Translations under genes and position numbers: made by a program
Shown: positions 44,145 through 53,978 of the stretch, piece after piece
Layout: every line of letters begins with the position of its first letter
Position numbering within the stretch: the stretch's first letter is position 1
NCBI GenBank assembly: GCA_943358175.1
Contig: CALRGV010000006.1
Location: forward strand, 2,607-66,606
Length of the DNA stretch: 64,000 nucleotides
DNA from: Candidatus Peribacteria bacterium
GTDB lineage: Bacteria > Patescibacteriota > Gracilibacteria > UBA1369 > LOWO2-01-FULL-3
Reading direction: 5' to 3'
Notes under the pieces: model-generated
The model's database searches: none
Seen by the model: only the letters and a program-made list of their open reading frames with translations
Told to the model about the DNA's origin: nothing

Positions 44145-45695
44145 ATGAATTTTAAAATCAAAAAAATAAACAATAAACCGGAAAAACCGCGAAAAGAAAA
44201 ACATATAACAGATCAAGTCCAATCCGCGAAACTAGAAATTCCAAAATTCAAAATTCCGAAATTCAAAATCAGCCTCGGACTATCAGTTTCCCTGATAATA
44301 ATTTTAGTTCTGGTTGTCGGTATCGTAAAAGCCATGAGTAGCATTGATTTCAAAGTATTTCTAAAGATAGCCGGAGATGAGCTGCAAAAAGACACTTCCG
44401 GACACACAAACTTTCTCATCCTGGGAACCGGAAATAAAAATCATGAGGGAGCGGATCTGACCGATACCATCATGGTGGCAAGCCTCGATGACAAAAATAA
44501 ATTGGTAACAATGATCTCGATTCCACGCGATCTATTCATCAAAGACACACAAGTTGGCAGCCAAAAAATCAATCAAATATATTACGCCGCAAAGAAAAAA
44601 TTCACGAACTCCACTCAAGGATTAGACGTAACCAAACAGGAAATAGAAAAATACACCGGACTCCCTATTCATTATTGGATTAAAATAGATTTTGACGGAT
44701 TTAAAGATTTGGTAGACGCTCTTGGAGGCATAGACGTAACAGTCAAAAAAACAATCGTAGACCCATTTTATCCAAAAGGAGAAACCAAAGAATATGAAGT
44801 TTTCAGCCTTAGCGCCGGCCCACAACACCTCAACGGAGACATCGCTCTAAAGTACGCCCGCAGCCGCAAAACCACTTCAGATTTCGATCGTGCCGATCGC
44901 CAACAACAAGTAATAAACGCCATTAAGGACAAAGCCACTAAAGCCGAAACCCTCCTGAGCCAAGATAAAATCACTAAAATCCTGGATGCTCTAAAAGAAA
45001 ATATTGAAACCAATATCAGTGTCAAAGAGCTACTCACTTTAGGCTCAGTGGCACCGGATTATAAAACAGATCAAATAGAACACCGCCTTCTTCACAATGA
45101 TCCAAGCAGATGCGGAGGATTTCTCTACAATCCCCCGGTAGATAAATATTATGGAATGTATGTTCTCATCTCCGCAGATAAACAAGATTTAGTCCGTAAA
45201 TATATTGATCTCAGTCTGAATATGCCTCAAATAGGATTAGAAAACAGCAAAATTCAAGTATTAAACGGAACAAAACGTGCCGGAGCAGCCGTAGAAACCA
45301 AGCAAATACTACGTCGTTTCTGCTTCAACGTCACAAAATTTGGCAATGCCAGCAATAAAAATTACACACAAACAACCTATTACTACAAAAAGGATTTACG
45401 ACCTAAAACTTTGGACTTCCTACAGAAAATAATTCCAGGCAAAGAAAGTACAGAACTTCCTAGTGAATACCTCAAAACTGAAGCACCAGCAACCTTCCCC
45501 CCAAATGTAGATATTCTTATAGAATTGGGTACGGACTATACTGATTCTCCAGACTACATCACGGATCCCTTCACAGGCTTAGCGATTTACGCGACACCAA
45601 AAGCCCCTGCCGCCACCACTCCGGGCACACCAGCTACGCCTACCAAAACAACCGCACCCGCACCTTCAAATAAACCATCAACCAAATCCAAATGA
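44145..45695 (+). CDS. LytR-CpsA-Psr (LCP) family cell-envelope transferase with LytR_C domain
   Basis: TM anchor; NFLILGTGNK...ADLTDTIMVASLD...ISIPRD; ALKYARSRK; Pro/Thr/Ala-rich tail. Confidence 0.85.
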   Translation: MNFKIKKINNKPEKPRKEKHITDQVQSAKLEIPKFKIPKFKISLGLSVSLIIILVLVVGIVKAMSSIDFKVFLKIAGDELQKDTSGHTNFLILGTGNKNHEGADLTDTIMVASLDDKNKLVTMISIPRDLFIKDTQVGSQKINQIYYAAKKKFTNSTQGLDVTKQEIEKYTGLPIHYWIKIDFDGFKDLVDALGGIDVTVKKTIVDPFYPKGETKEYEVFSLSAGPQHLNGDIALKYARSRKTTSDFDRADRQQQVINAIKDKATKAETLLSQDKITKILDALKENIETNISVKELLTLGSVAPDYKTDQIEHRLLHNDPSRCGGFLYNPPVDKYYGMYVLISADKQDLVRKYIDLSLNMPQIGLENSKIQVLNGTKRAGAAVETKQILRRFCFNVTKFGNASNKNYTQTTYYYKKDLRPKTLDFLQKIIPGKESTELPSEYLKTEAPATFPPNVDILIELGTDYTDSPDYITDPFTGLAIYATPKAPAATTPGTPATPTKTTAPAPSNKPSTKSK

Positions 45696-46360
45696 AACTA
45701 AATCAATTTATTGCTAAAAATACGCATTTTTCACGCAGACAAGTTGATCAAGCTATTAGGGACAAACGCGTTACCGTGAAAAATAAAATCACGATGAACA
45801 TGTCTCTGGAGATAAATCCGACAAAAGAAAAAATCCGTTTGGATAAAAAACTGATTGAAAATAAAGACCTCAAGGCCTACATCGCTCTATATAAACCAAA
45901 AGACTATCTCTGCAGTATTAAAAAAGTGGAAAAAAAAGAAAAAAAGAAAACTCTCCTGAAATTCATTCCTCCGAGAAAACATCTCAAACTGGTTGATCGC
46001 CTGGAAGTGGAAAGCGAAGGTTTGGTTCTCCTCAGTAATGATGGTCAATTTATTAACAAATTCCACGATCCAAAAATGGAAGAAGAATTTGCTCTCAGCA
46101 TAAAAGGAAAAATTGAAGAGAAAGATAATGCAAAACTAAAAAAACATTTCAGTTCCTTTAATATTCTAAAAACGAATACCAGAGAGACCTTACTTACACT
46201 GGTAATTAATGAAGGACGCAATAGACAAATCAGAAAAGCGTTTGATTCAATCAGACATCCTGTGAAATACTTACAAAGAATCCGCATCGGCAAGGTAAAA
46301 CTGGGTTCACTGAAGAAAGGAAAAACTCGCCTATTAACTAAAGAAGAATTAGATGCTTAA
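45692..46360 (+). CDS. RsuA/RluB-family pseudouridine synthase homologue with S4 domain
   Basis: S4 domain (LNQFIAKNTHFSRRQVDQAIRDKRV), DRLEVESEGLVLLSNDG, GRNRQIRKAF. The usual RLD Asp reads RLE. Confidence 0.7.
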   Translation: MKLNQFIAKNTHFSRRQVDQAIRDKRVTVKNKITMNMSLEINPTKEKIRLDKKLIENKDLKAYIALYKPKDYLCSIKKVEKKEKKKTLLKFIPPRKHLKLVDRLEVESEGLVLLSNDGQFINKFHDPKMEEEFALSIKGKIEEKDNAKLKKHFSSFNILKTNTRETLLTLVINEGRNRQIRKAFDSIRHPVKYLQRIRIGKVKLGSLKKGKTRLLTKEELDA

Positions 46361-47264
46361 CAGTTTATTAAGCTTATATATAGCAAGTATTCTCGGATTG
46401 TCTCCCGGCACTGTAAATACAGCAAACGCCACTAACGGCACGGCTATTCTTGCCTCCGCTTTTCTTTCAGATAGTTCAGCTCCCACCAATAAACCGCTAA
46501 AAGATTCTCTTCATATTTCTCCTATAATCGGTGCGCGTGGCAGTATTGCTACCGATATAGACAGTGCGGAAGTTTTATTTGAAAAAAATCCTGACGAACG
46601 CCTGAAAATTGCCAGCATTACCAAACTGATGACTTTACTGATCATCCTCGAAGAAAATAAGCTGGATGAGGTTGTTACAGTCAGTAGAAACGCCGCAGGC
46701 ACCATTGGCTCTACGATGTTTCTGGCAGCCGGTGAAGAAATTACCGTCAAAAATCTAATTTATGGTTCCCTAATAAATTCCGCCAACGACGCATCCGTAG
46801 CACTTGCCGAACACAACGCGGGAAGCAACGCAGCCTTCGTTATAAAAATGAACAATAAAGCCAAGGATCTCAAACTCACCAACACCCACTTCTCCAATCC
46901 GGTAGGCCTGGATGACTCCGATAATTATTCTTCCGCACGCGACATTGCCAATTTGGGAAAATACCTCTACCACAACCAACTCATTAAAAAAGTTGCCAAA
47001 ATAAAATCAATCGACGTAAGATCCGTAAGCGGTAATTACACCCATAAATTAGAATCAACCAACAAACTCCTTGATAGCTATTTGACAATAAATGGCTTGA
47101 AAACAGGTACAACCGATGATGCCGGTCGCTGTCTGATAGCAATAGCAGAAAATCAAGACGGTCACGAAATAGTAACCGTCGTACTAAACAGTTCCGATCG
47201 TTTTGGGGAATCAAAAATCCTCATCGACTGGGTGTTTAGAGCATTTACATGGCCTAAAAAATAA
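46353..47264 (+). CDS. D-alanyl-D-alanine carboxypeptidase (peptidase S11, PBP5/6-like)
   Basis: SITK (SxxK), SAND (SxN), KTGTT (KTG). Confidence 0.85.
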   Translation: MLNSLLSLYIASILGLSPGTVNTANATNGTAILASAFLSDSSAPTNKPLKDSLHISPIIGARGSIATDIDSAEVLFEKNPDERLKIASITKLMTLLIILEENKLDEVVTVSRNAAGTIGSTMFLAAGEEITVKNLIYGSLINSANDASVALAEHNAGSNAAFVIKMNNKAKDLKLTNTHFSNPVGLDDSDNYSSARDIANLGKYLYHNQLIKKVAKIKSIDVRSVSGNYTHKLESTNKLLDSYLTINGLKTGTTDDAGRCLIAIAENQDGHEIVTVVLNSSDRFGESKILIDWVFRAFTWPKK

Positions 47265-47266
47265 AC

Positions 47267-48331
47267 ATGAACACAACCCTAAGCGCAATTATTGAAGATT
47301 TAATTCTAATCGTCGGCTCAGGAACCCTGGCCTTCTTAATATTTATTATTCTCACTCCTTGGTTCCACAATCAATTGGTGAAATTCCGCATTGGCAAACA
47401 GCTCCGCGAAAACGCCCTCAGTGGTGAAAAATCCACAATTTTCAATCAACTTCACGCAAAAAAAAGCGGCACCCCAACCATGGGCGGACTGCTAATCTGG
47501 GGAACAATTGTTTTAGTAGTAATAATCTCCGCCATTCTTCAAAAATTCGGAGTCTTCCACTTATCACTTTTCAACAGAAAAGAAACCTGGATTCCCCTTT
47601 TCACTCTTATATCCTGTGGAATTCTCGGGGCAATTGACGACTATATTAATGTCAAAGGCATAGGAAAAAACAAAGGCTTAAGCGCAAAATTAAAATTATT
47701 CTGGCTCATCGTTTTCGGACTGGCCGGAGGCTGGTGGTTTTATTCAAAACTGGGCTTCAACTCAATCCAATTACCAATTCCTGGTGCTTCGGAAATCTAC
47801 CTCGGAATTTGGTACATTCCCGTTTTTGTTTTTATCATTATTGCCACAGCAAACGCCGTCAATTTCACAGATGGTCTCGACGGTCTCGCTGCCGGCCTCT
47901 TAATTCTCGCTTTTGGCAGCTTTGGGGTTCTCGCCTTCGCCAAAGGCCTACTTATACTCTCCGCTCTTTGTGCGGTCATTGCGGGGGCAAACTTGGCCTT
48001 TCTTTGGTTTAATGTGCCTCCGGCAAAATTCTATATGGGTGACACCGGCTCTCTGGCCCTCGGCGCCACGCTGGGAGTCATCGCCATGCTTACCGATCAG
48101 GCTTTAATTCTTCCAATAGTAGGTTTAATGTTTGTCATCGAAGCCCTTTCAGTAATTATTCAGCTTACTTCAAAAAAATTCTTCAAACGCAAAGTCTTCA
48201 AAATCGCGCCAATCCATCACCACTTCGAACAATGCGGCTGGCAAGAATGGACGATAGTTATGCGCTTCTGGATTATCGGAGGAATCATGGGCGCCTTCGG
48301 CACCATCCTAGGATTACTGACTATTCTGTAA
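47267..48331 (+). CDS. mraY: Phospho-N-acetylmuramoyl-pentapeptide transferase
   Basis: NAVNFTDGLDGLA, MGDTGSLALG, APIHHHFE. Confidence 0.93.
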   Translation: MNTTLSAIIEDLILIVGSGTLAFLIFIILTPWFHNQLVKFRIGKQLRENALSGEKSTIFNQLHAKKSGTPTMGGLLIWGTIVLVVIISAILQKFGVFHLSLFNRKETWIPLFTLISCGILGAIDDYINVKGIGKNKGLSAKLKLFWLIVFGLAGGWWFYSKLGFNSIQLPIPGASEIYLGIWYIPVFVFIIIATANAVNFTDGLDGLAAGLLILAFGSFGVLAFAKGLLILSALCAVIAGANLAFLWFNVPPAKFYMGDTGSLALGATLGVIAMLTDQALILPIVGLMFVIEALSVIIQLTSKKFFKRKVFKIAPIHHHFEQCGWQEWTIVMRFWIIGGIMGAFGTILGLLTIL

Positions 48332-48375
48332 AATTTTGACCGCAATTTACTGAAAGTAAATGAGGATCGGTATTT
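48331..48375 (+). repeat. Partial copy (A3) of the middle/apical module of element A1
   Basis: 39 of 45 nt identical to 16037-16081 (…ttgacc..tttactg.aagtaaatgaggatc..tattt). Confidence 0.8.
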
Positions 48376-48397
48376 CCCCAGTGGACATTTTACAATG

Positions 48398-48517
48398 AAA
48401 GACGCTCGGTGATGCCAGCTACGAGGCGTCAAAAAAATTTTAACCGCAGCCGGCGTGAAGCCGGTGAGGATTAAAATTTTTCTGACAACGAAGTAGATGG
48501 CGTCACTGAGCGTCTTT
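48398..48517 (+). repeat. Three-tier palindromic element, copy A2, at the convergent mraY/48524 junction
   Basis: 20-bp outer stem (48398-48417 with 48498-48517, including 2 G:U pairs). Same loop strands as A1, tacgaggcgt and gacaacgaagtag. A/T stem and apical ccggc/gccgg hairpin. Confidence 0.8.
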
Positions 48518-48523
48518 ATGGCA

Positions 48524-50359
48524 TTACTGAGCGTCTTTCAGTAAAGGGGAGAGAGGTTTATCTCCTTGCATTTGAACCCCATATGGACCATCCACCACCT
48601 TCGTCTGATCCACAACAGGCTCAGCTACCACCACCTCCGGCACTTCCATGACTTGGTCAACAGTTTTCACCTCTTCCTTCACAATCACCGGCACAGCATC
48701 CACAACCGGCACCACCACTACCGCAGCAGGTAGAACATTGATAACCTTCAAAAGATCTATATTATCCGCAACCTTAGTTGCTAACTCATCTTTCACCACT
48801 GAATTATCTTTAGGCAAATTATCAATCATTTTTTCAACCCCGATAATTTCTTTATTATAATCATCAACAGCCTTGCTGGCCAATTCATCATTGCCTGAAA
48901 CCTTCGCATCCTCGGCTGATGCCAATTTATCTGCAGCCTGATCTACTTTTAATCTCAATTTGTCCACTTCATTATTTGTACCTACAAGCTGAGCGTCATT
49001 CAAAATATTTTTCGCTAAATAATTTGGACTATCGGGCAAAGACATATTCAAATCTTTTTTCTGAACTAAAACTTTAGAATCTGCATAATCCCTCAATTCT
49101 TTAGCATAACCCTTGTCCGTATATTCAACCTCGGCAACCATTAGATAAAAACCTTTCAACTTATCACCAAATTTTTGCAAAGCAACCTGAGCATCAAGTT
49201 TATCCGCGTCACTAATATCAGGATAATTCAACTTTACTTGAGCCGCCACAAAATTTCTCTCCGCCAAATCCAAATCAAATTTCTTTTTCTTCACATCATC
49301 AAAAGTCAAAAACAATAAAGCATCTTCTTTTAAAGAATTATTATAAGAAACATTTCCAGCAGCATTTAAGCCAACAGCCTTTCTTTTTGCCTCAATCAAC
49401 CGCTGCTCAACTTGAGTCAAATAAACATGGTCATTTTGTAAATTTTCTTTTACCCATCCGGAATCCTTTTCCGCCAAATTTAATTTAGAAATATCTCTCT
49501 CATCATTATCTATCACCAACTTTTCTCCACTTAAAATCTGTTCAGTCCTGCCGGCGGCATTAATAGAAACAGCATGATTAAACACACCAATTTCCACTTT
49601 TTCATCATCAATCTCCACATTAAAAGCAGCTTTTTTTGCCGCAGCTGAAACATCATTTGCCTTAACTACAAAAGAAGAGTCAGACTCCAATAAATTTAAA
49701 ACTCGTGACCAAATTTGTCCTTCAACCAGAGAAACTTCCACATAAGTATTTACCGAATTATCATTAGGGCTCACTAATTTATTAATCTGCAACTGCGTAT
49801 TATTAGACATTCTGCTAACGCTATTATCAAAATAGCGAATCACGGCAGCTCCATCAGTACCGGTAACAATTATATCATTTTCCATTAGAGCCATACCTAC
49901 ACTTGCCGGTATAAGGCTCTGCGCACGCTGAATAGAAACATCCCCTTTGAAAGTATCCATCATCGTAAATGTTCCCGCGCTTACCACGTAAGTATCAACA
50001 CTCACGAAAGAAAGCATTCCAAAAACCAAAACTAAAATCAAAGCCCCACTCACCGTCTTTTTCATAAAAGAGAAGTAGTTCGACAAAAAAAATTTTCTTT
50101 GGGAAATTTTTTCAATTCCCTCCATCACTCGCTCTTTCACTTCAGCTTTTTGTACCGCATTTAAAGTAACACTTTCAGCCAAAAGTCTGACAGCGCCAAC
50201 CAAAGAAAAAATTGATCGATTAACTTTACCTGCAGATATTTTACTCATAAGTCGCTGTTTCAGCGCATCCTTTCTTTGAGAATCAAAAACAGGCTTATTG
50301 TTACCTTCAAGTCTGGCAATTAATTCTTCGAGTCCTAATTTTGTCTTTATTGGTTCCAT
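48524..50359 (-). CDS. FecR-domain membrane protein, probable anti-sigma/signal-transducing partner of the adjacent sigma factor
   Basis: One TM helix, FecR-like segment (IVTGTDGAAVIRYFDNSVSRMSNNTQLQI), long helical C-terminal part. Immediately downstream of the sigma gene. Confidence 0.6.
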   Translation of the reverse strand: MEPIKTKLGLEELIARLEGNNKPVFDSQRKDALKQRLMSKISAGKVNRSIFSLVGAVRLLAESVTLNAVQKAEVKERVMEGIEKISQRKFFLSNYFSFMKKTVSGALILVLVFGMLSFVSVDTYVVSAGTFTMMDTFKGDVSIQRAQSLIPASVGMALMENDIIVTGTDGAAVIRYFDNSVSRMSNNTQLQINKLVSPNDNSVNTYVEVSLVEGQIWSRVLNLLESDSSFVVKANDVSAAAKKAAFNVEIDDEKVEIGVFNHAVSINAAGRTEQILSGEKLVIDNDERDISKLNLAEKDSGWVKENLQNDHVYLTQVEQRLIEAKRKAVGLNAAGNVSYNNSLKEDALLFLTFDDVKKKKFDLDLAERNFVAAQVKLNYPDISDADKLDAQVALQKFGDKLKGFYLMVAEVEYTDKGYAKELRDYADSKVLVQKKDLNMSLPDSPNYLAKNILNDAQLVGTNNEVDKLRLKVDQAADKLASAEDAKVSGNDELASKAVDDYNKEIIGVEKMIDNLPKDNSVVKDELATKVADNIDLLKVINVLPAAVVVVPVVDAVPVIVKEEVKTVDQVMEVPEVVVAEPVVDQTKVVDGPYGVQMQGDKPLSPLLKDAQ

Positions 50360-50401
50360 CCTCTTTGTAAAACGATAAAAAATGGCTTCTGTTACTATAA
50401 A

Positions 50402-50977
50402 CTAATAGGCGATGCCTAATTCCTCCAATTCCTTCCTCAAAGCTTTCAATGCTCTGAACTGCAAAATCCTCAAACTTCCTTCACTTTTACCCAAAATTTC
50501 CGCAATCTCACTATTTGAAAGTTCATTAATAAATTTATAGAGAATAATATCGTGATATTGCCTTTTCAATTTAGCCATTGCCTTCTTCAAAACCGCATTA
50601 TCAAAACGATCCTGCGTAATTTTAATCGGGTGATGTTGGCGATCAAGATCCGGTAAATCCGGACTTAATTCATCATGAATTTTATCCTTTGCCGCGCGAT
50701 AATGATCTACCACCAAATTATGAGCAATTCTGAAAACCCAAGCGGAAAAAGACTTCTGCTGTGGTTTATACTGTTTGAGATTCTCCCAAACTTTAAGAAA
50801 AACCATTTCCACAATATCTTCCACATCCTCACCCTGCACACGATAATAAACATAACGATAAATCTGATCGATAAAATAATCATATATTTTGGAAAAAGCT
50901 TCCTGATCACCCTCCTGGGCTGAATAAACCAACTCTTCCATCTCAGACTCCTTGATTTTAGCATCTTCTTCAGCCAT
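50402..50977 (-). CDS. ECF-type RNA polymerase sigma-70 family factor
   Basis: Region 2 (FSAWVFRIAHNLVVDHYR) and region 4 HTH (NSEIAEILGKSEGSLRILQFRALKALRKEL). Confidence 0.85.
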   Translation of the reverse strand: MAEEDAKIKESEMEELVYSAQEGDQEAFSKIYDYFIDQIYRYVYYRVQGEDVEDIVEMVFLKVWENLKQYKPQQKSFSAWVFRIAHNLVVDHYRAAKDKIHDELSPDLPDLDRQHHPIKITQDRFDNAVLKKAMAKLKRQYHDIILYKFINELSNSEIAEILGKSEGSLRILQFRALKALRKELEELGIAY

Positions 50978-50981
50978 CTCT

Positions 50982-51881
50982 TTATTTTAAAGTATCTTTA
51001 CACCGCGCGACCTCTTCCTTGCTACCAATAAAAATAGGGGTTCTCTGTTCCAATTTTAGCAAAATCTTCTCAAGAATTCTAATTTTACCATCACTGCTCG
51101 CCCCACCGGCCTGTTCCATTATTAAACTCATGGGGGCGCACTCAAAAAGAAGACGAAGCTTACCATCAAGCTCATCTTTATGTCCCGGATAAGCAAAAAT
51201 ACCACTCCCCTTCGACAAAATATGATTAATATCCGGCACCATTCCACCGGAATACCTCAAGGTATATTTTTCTTTAATCCAATAATTTACAAGTTCCAAA
51301 TAGGCCGGCCTATCCGCGCAAGCACGAAGATTACCAGGAGCAAAATATTTCCCTTCACCTATTTCAATATTATCTTTCTCCAGCATAAATTCTCCTTCCT
51401 CATTTAGCATAAAACGAGCTACTCCTTTTTTCACAGTGATGAAAATCGTCGTCCTCGGACCATAAACAGCCGCCATTGCAGCCAGCTGATCATCACCCTT
51501 CACACCAATAAAAGATTTTGTCTTATACACCCCAACAATCGTTCCCACCGAGAAATTCACATCCACAAGAGACGAACCATCCAAAGGATCAAAAGCCAAA
51601 GCAAATTCACCATCTCCAATTTTCTCCTCATCGGGCAATTCCTCTGAAGCAATCAGCCCCACCATGGAATTCTTCTTCAATTCCTCAATCATAATATTAT
51701 TCGAAAACACATCTAGCGCCACCTGCTCTTCACCATAAGAATTCATCGTCCCAACTTTCCCGGTATTTGCCGTACGCACAGCTACAGAAATTTTCTTTAC
51801 AGCTTCAGTTAAACTTTCAAAAATTTTCACCAGCGCTTCTTCGGTCCCCACGTCCTCCAAATAAGTTTTAATATTTTTCAT
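50982..51881 (-). CDS. fbp: Fructose-1,6-bisphosphatase, class 1
   Basis: FDPLDGSS, VYGPRTT, LRYSGGMVPDINHIL, GIFAYP. Confidence 0.85.
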   Translation of the reverse strand: MKNIKTYLEDVGTEEALVKIFESLTEAVKKISVAVRTANTGKVGTMNSYGEEQVALDVFSNNIMIEELKKNSMVGLIASEELPDEEKIGDGEFALAFDPLDGSSLVDVNFSVGTIVGVYKTKSFIGVKGDDQLAAMAAVYGPRTTIFITVKKGVARFMLNEEGEFMLEKDNIEIGEGKYFAPGNLRACADRPAYLELVNYWIKEKYTLRYSGGMVPDINHILSKGSGIFAYPGHKDELDGKLRLLFECAPMSLIMEQAGGASSDGKIRILEKILLKLEQRTPIFIGSKEEVARCKDTLK

Positions 51882-51915
51882 ATTTTACAGTTAATACGGA
51901 AAAAGCATCCAAAAG

Positions 51916-52920
51916 TTACGCCGCTAACCACCTAATCAAATCCAGCACTCTGGCGTTGTAGCCCCACTCATTATCGTACCAGCCGACTAACTGCACATAG
52001 CCGCCCGGCAAAACTTTTGTGCTCAATAAATCAAGAATACATGAACGCGTATCACCCTTGAAATCAATCGAAACTAAAGGCTCATCAGAAGTTCCCAAAA
52101 TTCCCTGCAAATCATGTTCAGCATATTTTTTAAACGTTTCATTTACTTGTTCCACTGTCACATCCTTCGTCAATTTTGCCACAAGATAAATACAAGAAAC
52201 AGTTGCTACAGGTACTCTAAAAGCCATTCCATCAACCTTGCCAGCCAACTCGGGAATGACCCGGCTAATCGCTTTCATCGCGCCGGTTGTTGTAGGAATA
52301 ATCGATTCTGTCGTCGCACGCGCACGACGGAAATCGTCGGGATTAGAATTATCCAAAAGATTTTGCGTGTAAGTAAAAGCATGCAAAGTATTCACAAAAG
52401 CTTTTTCCACTTTAAATTCTTTATTGAGAACTTGCAGCATCGGCGCCAAGCAATTTGTCGTACATGAAGCATTGGAAACAACTTTATATTTATCCAAATC
52501 AACTTCTTCGTCGTTCACACCCATCACGATATTTGGAATCGCCTCATCCTTACAAGGCGCAGTCACAAGCACTTTTTTCGCCCCAGCTACAAGATGCTTT
52601 TTCACATCTTCCATCTCCGTAAATTTTCCCGTGCTCTCAATTACAATATCAACTTTAAGTTTTTTCCAATCTACATCTTTTGGATCACGTACCTGATAAA
52701 CTACAATTTTTTTTCCGTTCACAATCAAGTCATTTCCATCCACAGAAATATCTGCATCACATTTTCCATACAAAGAATCATACTTCAAAAGATGAGCATG
52801 TGAATGAGCATCGGAACCGCTATTGATAGCCACCAATTGAATATCATCAGAATCAATAATTTGACGATGAAGTCCCCTCCCGATGCGACCGTAACCATTG
52901 ATGGCAATTTTGATTGGCAT
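51916..52920 (-). CDS. gap: Glyceraldehyde-3-phosphate dehydrogenase, copy 1 (Ser in place of the NAD-specifying Asp: AINSGSD)
   Basis: [29 protein letters not shown]. Confidence 0.9.
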   Translation of the reverse strand: MPIKIAINGYGRIGRGLHRQIIDSDDIQLVAINSGSDAHSHAHLLKYDSLYGKCDADISVDGNDLIVNGKKIVVYQVRDPKDVDWKKLKVDIVIESTGKFTEMEDVKKHLVAGAKKVLVTAPCKDEAIPNIVMGVNDEEVDLDKYKVVSNASCTTNCLAPMLQVLNKEFKVEKAFVNTLHAFTYTQNLLDNSNPDDFRRARATTESIIPTTTGAMKAISRVIPELAGKVDGMAFRVPVATVSCIYLVAKLTKDVTVEQVNETFKKYAEHDLQGILGTSDEPLVSIDFKGDTRSCILDLLSTKVLPGGYVQLVGWYDNEWGYNARVLDLIRWLAA

Positions 52921-52938
52921 AACCGTGAAAAAATTAAA

Positions 52939-53871
52939 TTATTTCTTTATGTTCTTGTCTAACATTTCCTGAAATTTCTCACTCAGCTCTAAAGCCTTCG
53001 CCTCATCTCTTTTCCACATATTTCGGCCAAAAATAAATCCGAAACATCCGGCATCCAGACAAGCATTCACATTCTCATCCAATTCCTCATCACTCACTTT
53101 ATCTCCTCCACTAAACAAAACCGGCACTCCCTGGGCAGCAGCTACTACACGTCGCGCTCTCTCCCATTTCTGAGCCTTCGCGTCCATAGCCTGCAATTCT
53201 TTTTCAACTTTTCTATAATATTCCGGTACATCTTTATTCTCAAAATATCCGGCAACTTTTGTCGCTACAGGTAGATTAGCTTTGATCACTGTTGCCCCCA
53301 TTTCCACAGACATTCTTACTGCAGACTCCACGAGATAGCTGGATTCTTTGCCACCTTTCTTCTCTACATATTCTCCTCTTGGATAAGCCCAAACCACTAA
53401 CGGCATTCCAAAACGGTCACATTCCGCCCTTACCTTAGCCAATTGAGGCAAATCCTCATCTTGTCTTGGTGAACCGTAATAGAGAGTATAACCCACCGCC
53501 ACCGCACCCATTCTCACCGCATCTTCTACGAAAGCGGTTGGTACACTGAGCGGATTATCTTGAGCCGGAATAGAAGTTTTGCCATTTATTTTCAAAAGAA
53601 GCGGCACCGCACCCGCCAATTTACTCCAATATCTTTTTGCCAAACCATAGTGAATTGCCACCGCATTATATCCCCCTTTCACTGCGAGATTACAGATATA
53701 ATCCGGATCTGCCGCTTCAGGATTTGGATCCATATGACGATTGTCGTGTTCAATAAATTGATCATAAGGAAGAATCATAGTCGTACCACTCTTGCGCACA
53801 ATCTGACGAAGACGAGCCATTTCTCCCGGAGAATAGTATCTGTCCCTAAAAAATCGCATTGGATCTTTCAT
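52939..53871 (-). CDS. fbaB: Class I fructose-bisphosphate aldolase (DhnA/FbaB family)
   Basis: ILPYDQFIEH, VIKANLP (Schiff-base Lys context), GFIFGRNMW. ATG 53871 (MKDPMRFF) is preferred to the track start at 53922. Confidence 0.78.
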   Translation of the reverse strand: MKDPMRFFRDRYYSPGEMARLRQIVRKSGTTMILPYDQFIEHDNRHMDPNPEAADPDYICNLAVKGGYNAVAIHYGLAKRYWSKLAGAVPLLLKINGKTSIPAQDNPLSVPTAFVEDAVRMGAVAVGYTLYYGSPRQDEDLPQLAKVRAECDRFGMPLVVWAYPRGEYVEKKGGKESSYLVESAVRMSVEMGATVIKANLPVATKVAGYFENKDVPEYYRKVEKELQAMDAKAQKWERARRVVAAAQGVPVLFSGGDKVSDEELDENVNACLDAGCFGFIFGRNMWKRDEAKALELSEKFQEMLDKNIKK

Positions 53872-53978
53872 AAAAATTAAGATAATTGAATAAAATTGAC
53901 CTTCTTTACCACAGATTAGCAAAAAAACCCTCTTGATACAAGATTCATAGAAGAAAAATTACACAACGCATACTCCCC

